From Phoronis australis (lineage: Eukaryota; Animalia; Phoronida), in the NCBI GenBank assembly GCA_002633005.1, contig NMRA01000149.1, positions 254,192 through 318,191 on the forward strand: 64,000 nucleotides of DNA, written 5' to 3'. The notes beneath the pieces were generated by a model. That model saw only the letters and a list, made by a program, of their open reading frames with translations, ran no database searches and was not told where the DNA came from. Shown one piece after another: positions 51,256 to 63,524 of the stretch. Position 1 is the stretch's first letter; every line of letters begins with the position of its first letter. The position numbers and the translations under genes are program-made.

Positions 51256-51402
51256 CGTGTACATGCAGGGTTCAACCACTGCCGGTACGGGTTGTACAGA
51301 GGGAACGTATTTGGAAACTAGGTCTTTAATTCTTTCAATGTCGTCAGTATCAGGGTAATATGGACGATCTGGGTCCACCTCATGTCCATCGTGTATCCCA
51401 GC
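51256..51402 (-). CDS. PIPOX: PIPOX-like exon 6, containing the CMYT covalent-FAD cysteine motif
   Basis: Reads AGIHDGHEVDPD...PAVVEPCMYT. Sites ttttag and gtaagc, 147 nt. Confidence 0.92.
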
Positions 51403-52332
51403 CTAAAAAATAAGTAGGTTACTCAACTTCTAATTCATGATGTATAATGATGTCAAGAGCCCTGAAGGAATTTGTGTTTTGCCTTTATAGGCCAGGTGAG
51501 CACGTGAACAGTTTCATAAGAGAATTTTAACTGTTTTGAAGATACTCTTTAGGCTTTATTTTAGTTAAAGACTTCATAAAACGGATTTTAAATGCAAGTT
51601 AGTTCAGTCGAAACTTAGGGTAAAAAAAGCTCATTCAATGCAACTCTAAACACTTTTAAACTTCACTGAATTTAACATGTATTTTGGTTTAATTTTTATA
51701 TTTCGTGGTGTTCCACCACCTAGAATAGTGAAAGTTGATTCTTTTATGGGCACTCACTCAACAGGCGCGATATGTAATGAGGTTTCCGCGAAAGACCTGC
51801 CTACTTTTCAAAAAACTTTTAACAAATACTAATAAAATAAGGTAAACACAGACAGGGCTGAAAGTTGCAATATCTCCCCACCGACGAAACTCACCCTGTG
51901 TTCTAAATTGCTGAATGGAAAGGAAAGGGGATCTTTAAAAAGATACAAAAAACCTTCCGCCAGAGAGATTTCTACTCTTAATTTCGATCACTCACAGCTA
52001 TAATCTGGACTGGGGTTGTTTCTTACTCATTGCTTACGATCGTGAAGTGGGGATAAAATGACATTCGTGATAAGCCCAACTTGCTGAGCATAGTGTCGAG
52101 CAATAAAGTAATGAGCCCAGGGAGTAAAGAAAAAGTATAAACCAGTTTTATGATGGTAAGTAAATAAAGTTGACAGAAGGTTTCAGACCCCATATGATCA
52201 AATATAATTGGGTTGTGCAGTTTTTCCTGGGGGTTTTGTTGTGACATTAATTGTCGAACTCGGCATATATTGTCGCCCAGACAACATGTGTCGAATGCGG
52301 CAGTGTATTTCACAACAGACTTCATTGCTTAC

Positions 52333-52476
52333 CTTAATGTAGCCCGGAAACTCGGAGGGTACAGTGTACAAGTAGGTTTTGGTGGTGGTAGAACTCCACT
52401 TAAGATAGTGTACAGTGGATGGATGAGGCTGAGCCTCGTCCTTCATGGGAAAGAAGCACACGTTCACTCGAACAGC
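52333..52476 (-). CDS. PIPOX: PIPOX-like exon 5
   Basis: Reads AVRVNVCFF...YLYTVPSEFPGYIK. Sites ttctag and gtaagc, 144 nt. Confidence 0.88.
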
Positions 52477-53272
52477 CTAGAATGGGAAGTTAACCAGTCA
52501 TAGCCAACGCTAAAAATTGCGAAACGTTGTACAATTGGACCATGAAACTCCAGTTGAGCTGAATCAGGTAGTTTGAAAGGGCTCTTCTAACGTAAATTAC
52601 AGCATTGATGTTATGTTCTGTATCTTTGAACAATGGGTACGCCAGTTCTAAATTAATTAACTAGGGTAAGTTTTGTAACACAGGTCTACACACGTAAGCG
52701 ATAAGGCATGCCCACGTTCAGATACACTCAAGTGTTGTTTATAAGAAAAAATCGCACAGGTACGCCCAGGGCGAATATTTTGGGGGAAAAGCATAATTGA
52801 TTCTACATCTTTCCCCAGATTCATCAGCCGTATCTAAAAGTGTTTAACCCTGAACTCGTGCATGTGGGGACCGCTGTATTTACTCTCTTGGTTTACGGGC
52901 TCACCCGGAGCATTAGCGTACCGGAGTATATCTTCGTCACTACCAAATATACTAAATTAAAATGGTCAGGAGAAGAAATTTGTGCCGTAGGGCTACCCCG
53001 ATCTTTTTTTGTCCAATTACACTTTCTGCTTTTACTTACGTTGTTCCGTTCCATGTTATTCCATATTTACGCAGTGAAAATTACTTGGGATTTAAAGGAA
53101 TCATGCACTCTTTCAAGTAATAAAAACGGCCAAGAGAACCCACAAGCGTGAAATGAAATTAGCCAGGATGCATTTATAGGTGGAATGATAATGGGCACCA
53201 CAACAAAATTGAAACAAGAAGCTAATTACTACGTTTTACACTAAACCAATACAAACCTATACAAAGACGTAC

Positions 53273-53455
53273 CTTTATTGGTAGATTTAGCCCTAATGGT
53301 CTCAGCACTTTGCCAGCCCAGGGCCCGGGCAGTATCATCAGATGTTTGGCACGGTAGCTCCCTCTTTTGGTGATAACTTGAACGATGTTACCAGGAATGA
53401 TTTCCACTACATGTCGGTCATCTAACAGAGTACCGCCGTATTTCACGAACATATC
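53273..53455 (-). CDS. PIPOX: PIPOX-like exon 4
   Basis: Reads DMFVKYGGTLLD...YRAKHLMILPGPWAGKVLRPLGLNLPIK, 183 nt. Confidence 0.92.
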
Positions 53456-53827
53456 CTGTAAACAGGATGGCTTCTCATGTACCCTGTAGCCTATATCTGT
53501 GGATTGCAATGCTTATTTCATTACACACAATCTGATATGCCCCAGCTGACTTAAAAGTGTAATACAAGTCACAAGCTACACCTGATCCCTAAAAAGACGA
53601 ATTGACGATACGGACACAGAAATGAGTTCAAATGATTTATTCCTGTCAGCTTAAACTGGCGTAATTGGTGACAATGAAGCGTTGGTAAGATGCGCAAATT
53701 TTAACAGAATTACACCAATCTTATACAACACTTTAATTTAGCAGTTCGATTTCCTAACGTGAATGTGTTTCTCTTTTCCCTATACTGTCGCAAAAATCTG
53801 CGAGGCTAATGACTCCCTGCGGTTTAA

Positions 53828-54115
53828 AGGCGAAGGCAACCTTTTTTCATGTCACTTTTAGCAAAAATATGGTCTGTTGATTTTTGAACTTATCACAACC
53901 GAGGTAGAACAATGACTGACTCGACTGCTCTCACAGTCAGACTGTATGAAAAGAAATTGGCGCGAAATTCTTGCCTCCCAAAACGTCACTTATGGAGTAG
54001 ACGACGAGTAATTAATTAAATTACAAAAAGCTGTAAATAAGTGAAAAATTTGTCTGGGATAATCAACGAACCCTATTTTTACTAAAAATGACATGAAAAA
54101 AGGTTGCCTTCGCCT
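53828..54115. mobile_element. Kolobok-type MITE, second copy (left arm partly deleted)
   Basis: TTAA|AGGCGAAGGCAACC ... GGTTGCCTTCGCCT. Interior matches 7730-7953. Confidence 0.85.
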
Positions 54116-54773
54116 TTTACCACGTGACCGTCATGTAAGTCGCAAGCCGACTTTGCCTGCCACGTAATTTTACTGTTCAAGCACGATATCCATCAACACC
54201 GTGACAGTACTTTGGAAATAATTACCTCCGAAAAACTGCATAGATTAATTAGCAGTTTTATAGTTAGGTTTTATCTATGCAAGTTTCCGTATGAAGTATT
54301 AGTTTAACTTCTTCCTGCAGTACAGTGTGTGATACACAGCAGTTAATAACTGCTTAGTATCACTAGTAGAAATCATCTTTTTGGACTGTGTGACACTGTG
54401 CATTTAGGATAATGATACCTGGTCATTTTGTACAGGTTCGACAGCTTATGCAACTTGCGAATGTTCAAGTGATAGGTTGGAAGCTATTTTGTTGTTACAT
54501 ATGTCTTGACTATTAATAACGGTTACTTAGGAACCATAAATTTTTCTTATTTCATTCTGCAATTCGTAAATATTTCGTTTAAAAAACGCTCCCATTTTCC
54601 CACAAAAGTTGTGAGAACAGGAAAATAATAACTTCGATTACTTCTCAAGTCAATGGGACGTGTCCCCAGCAATGCATAGTCGGTCGAATATCTCCATTGT
54701 TATGTGGCGACTGGTGTTTTTTTGCGAATTCCAACCTTCTTTTAATTAAACTCCAATTGGCATTTGAAGAAGA

Positions 54774-54890
54774 ATGCCAGACCGGTGTGTAGTGGGAGGT
54801 TGTGACAATACACCACAGGCTGGGGTGTATGCTCACAGATTTCTCACAGATCTAAGACTGCGTCACCTGTGGGATCGAAGACTGTCAAGT
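54774..54890 (+). pseudogene. THAP-domain N-terminal relic within an old TIR element
   Basis: Reads MPDRCVVGGCDNTPQAGVYAHRFLTDLRLRHLWDRR. Confidence 0.65.
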
Positions 54891-55518
54891 TCAGGAGGCA
54901 GTAAAAATAGGGCGATCGAACCATTACTTTCGTTTTGAAGAAATTCTTCAATATCGTGGGAACGATAATGCATCCCACGCAACAAAAATCAAAAGATTAT
55001 CAGCAGTCATAGCAAGTTTTGTGGAGAAATTTGAGTCACTTGTTTGGATCGGGTAGGCCATCTTGAACAACAGCGGCTTATCTGTAAGATTAAAACTGAT
55101 TATATGTTATTTTCACCAATAGTTTACAATGAAATTCAACAGTTTTCACCAGAATTTAGTTATGCAGATGTAACTTACTGAGTGGTTAATGTGCTCACAA
55201 TTCTAGTTGGCCTCACCTCCAGCGGCACCGACAACATGGTGACTTTTGCACGTTCAACCGGCTACTTAGCAACCAGTGAATATTTAACTTCAAAACATTT
55301 TGATAAACATTGCTATAAAAAGGCAACTTTGAACGAATTTCCGTTTTTTGTGCTAAAAGTATAAGGACTATTCTAATTATTTTACTGTGAATTATCCATT
55401 CAGTTGACCTTTACACTCAGCCTGCTAAAATATTTGAAAATGTTTCAGTTGAAATCGTTTTTTTGTTTGAAAGTCGTATAAAGCAAAACAAAGAACGTGG
55501 GTACTAAAATATATCAAA

Positions 55519-55563
55519 ATATCCCCCGCGTTTCGAGCGGTACGCTCTTTATCAAGGGTATGA
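55519..55563 (-). ncRNA. Degenerate Penelope-type hammerhead motif (U3/A8 variant, cleavage triplet lost)
   Basis: ccc-UUGAUAA-a-GAGCG-uac-CGCUC-GAAA-CGCG-gg-ggg. Confidence 0.55.
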
Positions 55564-55627
55564 CAGAGACTGTTGAATAGAAAGATATATAAAGTAGCAC
55601 AGATGATCGTGTGCTGATACTTTGTGA

Positions 55628-55813
55628 CGTGACAACCATGTACTGGAGCACTAAGGGTTCGGGCCCTGCGCTACTGGTAACTGTTCCGAAGGGGCGTCGG
55701 GGCAGTATAAAGACAACCAAATTTCGTGACAACCTTCTACCGGAGCACTAAGGGTTCGGGCCCTGCGCCACTGGTAACTGTTCCGAAGGGGCGTCGGGGC
55801 AGTATAAAGACAA
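55628..55813 (+). repeat. 97-bp tandem duplication next to the hammerhead motif
   Basis: cgtgacaacc...ggagcactaagggttcgggccctgcg...gcagtataaagacaac x2, plus a partial third unit. Confidence 0.9.
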
Positions 55814-56989
55814 CGAAAATAAAAACTGTCCCGACGGGACTGTATAAAGACAACCAATCAGTAGCATGGCAGCTGTTGCCAACAAGCCGGCTTCATGCGA
55901 ATCAAACTCTAAGCTGTTGCCATCAAACCAGCTTCACACCTACGCTGTTGCCATCCAGCCAGCGTCTCGTCTCCAGAAGAAGATCAAGAACACCACCTCT
56001 ACCACCACCGGCATACCAGGTCCTGCCCTCGATGCACGTCCACACCAACCACGGCAAGGACAGAAGGCGAGATCCTCCGATCTCGCGAAGCTGTCTGAGG
56101 GCTTCGCCCCCATCTACTCTACTCTCGTGTGTTTGATACACAATGGGCAATAGGAACAATATGGTTTACGACAACCGACAGTGGCGATACGCATGGAGGA
56201 AGGGTCTATCTCAGTTTAGGAGGCACAGAACAGTTCTCACTGGGTTTTGCCTACCAAAACACACATCACTTGATTTGTAACCTTTTCTTCACTCTGTCAA
56301 AAATAGGATGCAAAGAATGGCATGTTTTCAATTATTTCACATAAAAAGCCCAGCAGATGAGCACAGAAACTTTATTCTTTCTTGTATTTTTGACCATTTC
56401 ATTCCCACTGAAAACGAAGCTAGACTAAGAAAAATAAGGGCAAAAAAATGCAAAATCGGCACTTTTCACCCGAAAAACACCACTTCCCTGCCGATGCACG
56501 ACTAAAACCAACATTAGAGTCTGAAAGCAAATTTCCTACCGATTCCGAAAATGTGGTCCAAAAGTACTGTCAACCAACTAGTTTTTTGGCAATTCTTGCT
56601 TGTTTGAGGGCTACCTAAAATCACAGCCAATTTCTCGGTCGCTACCCAACAATGCACAATTGCAGCCGGGGGCCGCCATCTTGAAGAAGAGTGCAGCTAC
56701 AGCCAAGAAAGTGGCCTTTTTTATTCACAGCATGTTCACAAATACAAACAAACCACATTCACTGAGCCTAAGTGCAATGCCCACCTACAAAATGCCCCCA
56801 AACTTGGCCTACCCCAAAATTTCTATATTTTGGCAGTGCAAATTGGCCGCGGCCGCAGCCTAACTATTCAGTGCCACCTTACGGTATACGGATGCCACCG
56901 ACGCGCTAAGTTGCTTACTGGTCCGAACCAGTAGGCTTACGGTCCGTTTGCGTTCTCCAGAGCCCGCTCTCTCGAGGTGTTTCGTTATC

Positions 56990-57786
56990 AATAGCTTCTG
57001 TGTCTGATGCTTCGTCTCATGCGAGTAAAAATCGTTCTAAATTCCTCGTTGTTGGAAGACTCGTCGCTATAACCCTCGTATTCCATGTTAGTTCCTCGCC
57101 ACCTTGTGTGACTGAGTGTAACGATCGTGCCTGCCACTTTGACTTGTCGTCACCCTCGATTACATAACCGCACAAGCCTGTATTAGAATTGACCTGGGGC
57201 GGTTTCCCACTGTCTAAACCGGAACAAAAGAACCAGCCTAACATACTGTAGTAAATTACTAGTGTTCCCACAGGACCCGATAAACAGTAAACATCTAATT
57301 AAGACCACAACATGGCACATGTATCCGACCATGTTGAATAAATCCCGAATAAAGGTGAAGCAAAATGGGTCAAACACAGACGCTTGATCAAGTTGCATTG
57401 TCCTTAATGTTCAGAGGTTCCGCTGGGTTTTTGAAACGCGAGTCCATATTAATTAAATTCCGGTCCCGAATCGTCCGTCACTTAAATTTAAGTTTGCTTC
57501 CTAGGATAAACTTGAGCCAACGACGTATGAACTGTGTCGTAAGGTACACACTAAGATGTTTTTCTCCTCAGTTTTTAACTCGGTTTCTCGAAAGTTTCAC
57601 TCGCAATTTCGGGTTCACGGAAGTGGCGGTCGTTTTGCGGAGTTTCAGTCAGTGGGAAAGCGTAACCCGAACTTAAATTGCCATCGTAAATTCTATGCAG
57701 AGTTGCGCAACTCTGATGGAAGTAGTCACTATAGGGGTCGCGGCATGCAGTACACGGCATACGAGTAGACTAGCGATCAACTACAT
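56990..57786 (-). mobile_element. Possible LTR-retrotransposon 5' remnant (LTR, PBS-like site, short ORF start)
   Basis: TGT...CGTTACA followed closely by TGGCGAGG and an acidic ORF MEYEGYSDESS. No TSD and no recognisable gag motif. Confidence 0.3.
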
Positions 57787-58073
57787 CATCTTTCATTTAT
57801 TATCCCCCAATGTGGCCAGCGAAGAGGATTTAGTGGGAAGGTAATGGGAGTCGCGATGGAGCTATGATAAATCGGAGTTTCGCAACTGAGAAAGGGACTT
57901 TCGGTTTATGTGGCCTCATGCTGTTTTTACACAGGCGGGGATACATTTCGACCTTTGGTGAGGTTTTGCAAAAAGATTCCGATTTTGTCAAACTTAGCAA
58001 TAAGTTTGAAAGCCCGCAAGTTTTCGATTCCAGCGCCACTTATTAAAAATGTCACAGATTGTACAGTAGTTAC

Positions 58074-58287
58074 CTGGTAGGTTCTAACCGCCCTATCGGC
58101 GATGATGGAGCCAGCCTCAGGATCGAAGAACGCGTTGCAGTCAGGGTCACAGGTTACAGTAGGGAATTGCTTTTGAGTCTCTTCATAGGATAACCAACTG
58201 TATGGAAGGTTGAACTTGTCGAAGGAGTTTTTCATTGTGTGTAGGGTACGAAAGGGTGGCTTTTCTATCTTTAACAATCCTTTATTC
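58074..58287 (-). CDS. PIPOX: PIPOX-like exon 3
   Basis: Reads NKGLLKIEK...QFPTV...FFDPEAGSIIADRAVRTYQ, 214 nt, phase 2-0. Confidence 0.92.
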
Positions 58288-59016
58288 CTGTGTAAAAGAA
58301 ATGAAGGCGAACTTGACAGGAGCCTTCTTGGTTATGAAACGTGAGCTCCCTCTTGGAAGACTAATGCGAGCAACTAGACATTTTGATACTGGTTTTTGAT
58401 CAATTACGAACGTTTACAATACAAAAGTGACCGCGGAAATGTACAAACGCTTAAATATACTTATTAAACTGTATGTAATTCATAAAGTACAAATGCTAAA
58501 CGATATTTTTTAAACATTCTAATTTTGATTGACATTTTATGGCCATAGCACAGAAGGCCTAGACACCTTAAACTACGACTCAAAGTTAACAGTAGTAATT
58601 TTTGGTATTACAGTATTAGAACACCCAGTATGTATGCAACAATTAATATATAATTAGAATAAATATAATAAATAACATGCAAAATATTATTTCCATGATG
58701 GTCCATACCAAAATAAAGTCATAATAAATGTGCTGGTCCAACCATTGACTTTCATACTTTCACATTTATTTCTTCCTGTGTCCATGCTATCATTTCGCAA
58801 TTTTACGCAGAAGCAAAACATATCATGATCCCCAAGGGCCGAATCTTGTCGTTTTCAAACAAGCCATTGCATCGGGTTCAACAGAGATGACCACTTTTAC
58901 TAAGTTATTATGCACATATTCAGAACCATAAACTCTGTTGAACAAAGTTCTAGTGTTAAACAGCACTCTTAACGCAATATGTAACACCTGAGTACATTCC
59001 ACCAAAATGTTCTCAC

Positions 59017-59168
59017 CTGTTAATAAGCTTTATGTCAGCTTCTTTTTCCAAATCAAACCACATGTCATACGCTTCTAGCATCATTTTAGCATAGATTTCT
59101 GTGTCGTATGCTTTTCGGATGATTCTCGACTGGCCACTTGAACTCCCTCTGGTGTGTGGTAACAAAAA
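59017..59168 (-). CDS. PIPOX: PIPOX-like exon 2
   Basis: Reads FLLPHTRGSSSGQSRIIRKAY...MMLEAYDMWFDLEKEADIKLIN, 152 nt. Confidence 0.94.
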
Positions 59169-59628
59169 CTGGAGAGTAATAAAACATAATTATCTTCTTT
59201 ATGTACTTACACTGGAATGCAGTGTCAGATAGTGTAAGTATTATACTTTCAGATGAAGTATCGCGAAAAGTTTTATGTAATACAAACGAAGAGGATTTTT
59301 CACTGCAGTCAGCCAAGCTGACACAAGAGAGGTTTCGCAAAGCGACGTGAACGTGAATTATCCCCCCATTATTCCGCGTCATACGTGCCATTGTTTGCTT
59401 TGACATAATCCAGATAGTCTTTGAGATATTCAGGTCGCTTTAAACGCGAAACCTGCGGCCCCTTTTTATCTTATTTAGTAAGACACGGAAAAGATTTTTC
59501 ATTTCGATAGGGTTCTCAAACTTTCTTCTTTATTTCAGTGTAAAATGAACACGATTCTTTTGTCTATTTTTGTTCTTAAAGTTAAAAAATTTCGCATCCT
59601 AGGAGTTGATCCCTTTTCCCAGGAGTTC

Positions 59629-62062
59629 GTAGAAACGACTTTTTTGACATTCAACACATATTTCTATCTTTCATATCTGTAGCGGATATGTACTACGATA
59701 ACTGGACGTCCTGAGCTCAATTATTCTGTTCACGTTTACCTTTATGTTCACGTAAACATTTAGCTGTTGCGAAACCCATTTTTTATTACTGTAACTTGAA
59801 TAGGCACGAGCAATTAAGTACGCATCATTACAAAATTGAAGTTCACGTCTTTTGCGAAATCTCTCTACATTCGACATTTTGCACAGCGCACTTCATTGAA
59901 TACTTCAACAGAAAGATTCACAGCAACTAAATTTATTTATTCAAGTTTGAAGTTTGAAGTTTGCTACCACGGTTTTAGACTTTGTTACTGGTGGGGACAA
60001 GTCGTTAGGTTTTATATATCCTCTGTACCCTTTTAAAAATGCGAAAATGAACAACATAACAGGCCTGCGTTCCGTAGAGGTGAAAATATCGCGAAAACGC
60101 AAGGTGTCGCGATCCCCATAAATTAGGTCAAGCACGTGATTAAAATGTCCGCGTAGTCTAAAGACGACTCCGCGCCATTTTTGTCGGGTGAGTAGGGAAG
60201 TGAATACTAGTGTAAGAAAATGACTGTAGGTCTATTTTAGATTGTCCGAAGCCGATTGCGTGTTGGCTGCCAGAACGAGGCTTTCTGTGTGGGACTGTAA
60301 ATAAGAAAAGCGTAAACGCTATAAAACTAATCAAAACAATGACAGACAATCATATCTGTAAGAAGGTAAAAGTCATGGGGGGGGCACTTCACCAATCTTT
60401 TACCCCGTCCCGTGGTCCCAATTTTCGGATAACGACAACTTCCACCACCCATGGTCATTGGCAATTTGGCGCAACCGTCATGGCGTGCGAACTTTGCTGT
60501 TTGAGGTTCGCTTACGAAGTAAATGGCCGAACTAGGGTAAGAGAACTACTTCAAATGTGTTTTTTCCACGTTCATTTCACCTATTGCATGATGATGAGAC
60601 ATGTGGTCCCGAAATATAGCAATTATTTTAACTTGTTTGACCCTTATGTCTCTTGGTGTTTTGCTGCATGACTTCACACCTGAAAATAGGAGATTTATAT
60701 AGATACAAGGACCGAGTATATATTAGCTGTCTAACAAAAAGTTTGTGTCAACGAAGGGCTACTACCGAATTATACTGATTTGGAAAATACATGAATCAGA
60801 TATAATTAATATACTGATTTGTTCTGTGAAGTACATTTACTCAGAGGCCGTGTNAACTCAGATAGTTATCTGTGGTAGAAACGACTTTTTCACATTCAAC
60901 ATATATTTCTATATTTCATATCTGTAGCGGATATGTACTACGATAACTGGACGTCATGAGCTCAATTATTCTGTTAACGTTTACCTTTACGTTCACGTAA
61001 ACATTTAGCTGTTGCAAAACCCATTTTTTATTACTGTAACGGGAATCGGCACGCATCATTACAAAATTGAAGTTCACGTCTTTTGCGAAATCTCTACATT
61101 CGACATTTTGCACACCGCACTTCATTGAATACTTCAACAGAAAGATTCACAGCAGCTAAATTTATTTATTCAAGTTTGAAGTTTGCTACCACGGCTTTAG
61201 ACGTAGTTACTGGTAGGGACAAGTCGTTAGGTTTTATATATCCTCTGTACTCTTTTAAAAATGCGGAAATGAACAACATAAAAGGCCTGCGTTCCGTAGA
61301 GGTGAAAATATCGCGAAAACGCAAGGTGTCGCGATCCCCATAAATTACAGGTCAAGCACGTGATTAAAATGTCCGCGTAGTCTAAAGACGACTCTGCGCC
61401 ATTTTTGTCGGGTAAGTAGGGAAGTGAATACTAGTGTAAGACAATGACTGTCGGTCTATTTTAGATTGCCGATTGCGTGTTGGCTGCCAGAACGAGGCTT
61501 TTTGTGTGGGACTGTAACTAAGAAAACGCTATGAAACTAATCAAAACAATGACAGACAATCATATCTGTAAGAAGGTAAAAGTCATGGGGGGGGCACTTC
61601 ACCAGCTTTTACCCCGTCCCGTGGTCCCAATTTTCAGATAACCACAACTTCCACCACCCATGGTTGTTGGCAATTTGGCGCAACCGTCATGGCGTGCGAA
61701 CTTCGCTGTTTGAGGTTCGCTTACGAAGTAAATGGCCGAACTAGGGAAAGAGAACTCCTTCAAATGTGTTTTTTCCACTTCATTTCACCTATTGCATGAT
61801 GATGAGACATGTGGTCCCGAAATATAGCAAATTATTTTAACTTGTTTGACCCTTATGTCTCTTGGTGTTTTGCTGCATGACTTCACACCTGAAAATAGGA
61901 GATTTATATAGATACAAGGACCGAGTATATATTAGCTGTCTAACAAAAAGTTTGTGTCAACGAAGGGCTACTACCGAATTATACTGATTTGGAAAATACA
62001 TGAATCAGATATAATTAATATACTGATTTGTTCTGTGAAGTACATTTACTCAGAGGCCGTGT
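59629..62062 (+). repeat. ~1.2-kb direct tandem duplication (59629-60853 / 60875-62062) joined at an N
   Basis: Near-identical copies differing by SNPs and small indels, with 'n' at 60854. Confidence 0.9.
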
Positions 62063-62799
62063 TACTCATTGAACTCTTTAAGAAAGAGATTTACAATACG
62101 TGGATATGGAAAAATATCTTTGCATCGGAAATGGTGAATATGAACGACAGAAGATTGTCCTCTTTGACTCTTTCGTTTCTTTGAACGCTAGCTAGTGTTA
62201 AAAATGCCATGTTTCTTTAAAAACGTGAATCAAATTTGTAGCACGCGCCATCTAGTGACTTCCTCGAGAACTGTATGTACAAGTATAAACAGGAAAGGAA
62301 ACAATAGGTAAATAAATTGGGGTTTTAAAGAAAATACCACTACTGATGCACATAAAAACAAGTGTGAACATAAAAAACAAAACAATTCCAAATACTACGC
62401 AATCGTTATTTGATAGTGAGATAAACAAATAATAAAAACTGTGCCTTGTTTCATTAGGGTAATGATGAAATAATACTCAATTACATAAAAATAATCTCGC
62501 AAAACGAGACTTTCGAGAGATTGCAATGGTAACTGCTTCTGAGATGGTTTCCGGAACACTGGAGGACCCGGGTTTGTAAATTAGTACTTCATTTACATAT
62601 TCACAATTTAATGAGACTATTTATCTCTAAATTTGATGTCTTGCCTCAAAATGCGTGTGCGTAAGTGTGCGTACGCGCCTGTGCCTGCCTTCGTACCTGC
62701 GTGTGTGAGTGCGTGTATGTTTAAAATAATCATGCTTTTCTTCACATGGATTTTATGTATGTGTTATTATTGTCAATAAAACTTTCTTTTTTCACTTAC

Positions 62800-62916
62800 T
62801 TGTTCCAACAAAAGTGTCTTAACACCAGATTTCTGCAAAGTATATGCTGTAGCAGAACCTTCTATCCCCGCCCCGAACACTATAGCATCCCAAACCGCCG
62901 ACTCCGAGGTAGACAT
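62800..62916 (-). CDS. PIPOX: PIPOX-like first coding exon (Rossmann GxGxxG)
   Basis: Reads [39 protein letters not shown]|gtaagt. An acceptor (tttcatag) 35 nt upstream implies a 5' non-coding exon. The eight exons sum to 1161 nt = 386 aa plus stop. Confidence 0.94.
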
Positions 62917-63395
62917 TGTGACTTTGTTGTCGAGATTTCAAGACAGGTGACCTATGAAATGACGAAGATAGTACAAACATTAATTTCCGCTTCTGCGTAA
63001 AGCACTCATATCTTAGAGCATGTTTGGGGAACTATCTGGGGCAAACACGTAGAATCTGGAACCACCAATACTGGTCACAAAAACCTCAAATATTATCATT
63101 TTAAACGTCACCTTCCGTCATCTGTTGCCTAGACTGGCTTCAAGACATTCGTTCAGCTTCCTTCCACTTGAGCAGTTTATAAAAGGAATTTCACCGTACA
63201 CCCATATAGCTGAAACGTATTCTAAAGTAATACTTTTCCAATATCTAATCAAATATTTTCAAACTAATTAATATTAAGTAGGACATTTTCAAATTAATTT
63301 TTAAATTACTGGTGGTGCACCAACAAAATGGTACTACGGTTGAACAGTATTATACTTCATTTTTTATAGATACCCCTGAACTTCAGGCGAGACCA

Positions 63396-63524
63396 GGTAG
63401 AATTCAGTAGCTGCCTCGCGCGAAAAAAATCTAGCCAAAATCACGTGCTCTCGTTGAAACTACACGGCAAAAATGTCGCGAAGTCTTGCTTTTTAGCGAG
63501 GTCCTAGCGTTACTGAACTCTACC
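63396..63524. mobile_element. MITE related to 40082-40232, just upstream of the PIPOX-like gene
   Basis: TIR GGTAGA(A/G)TTCAGTA. Shares gttcagtaacgctaggacctcgctaaaaagcaagacttcgcga and gagcacgtga with the other copy. Confidence 0.7.

Noticed and set aside
55628-55813. 97-bp repeat as CRISPR or coding repeat
   Set aside because: Only two adjacent copies, no spacers, and the overlapping ORFs are featureless.
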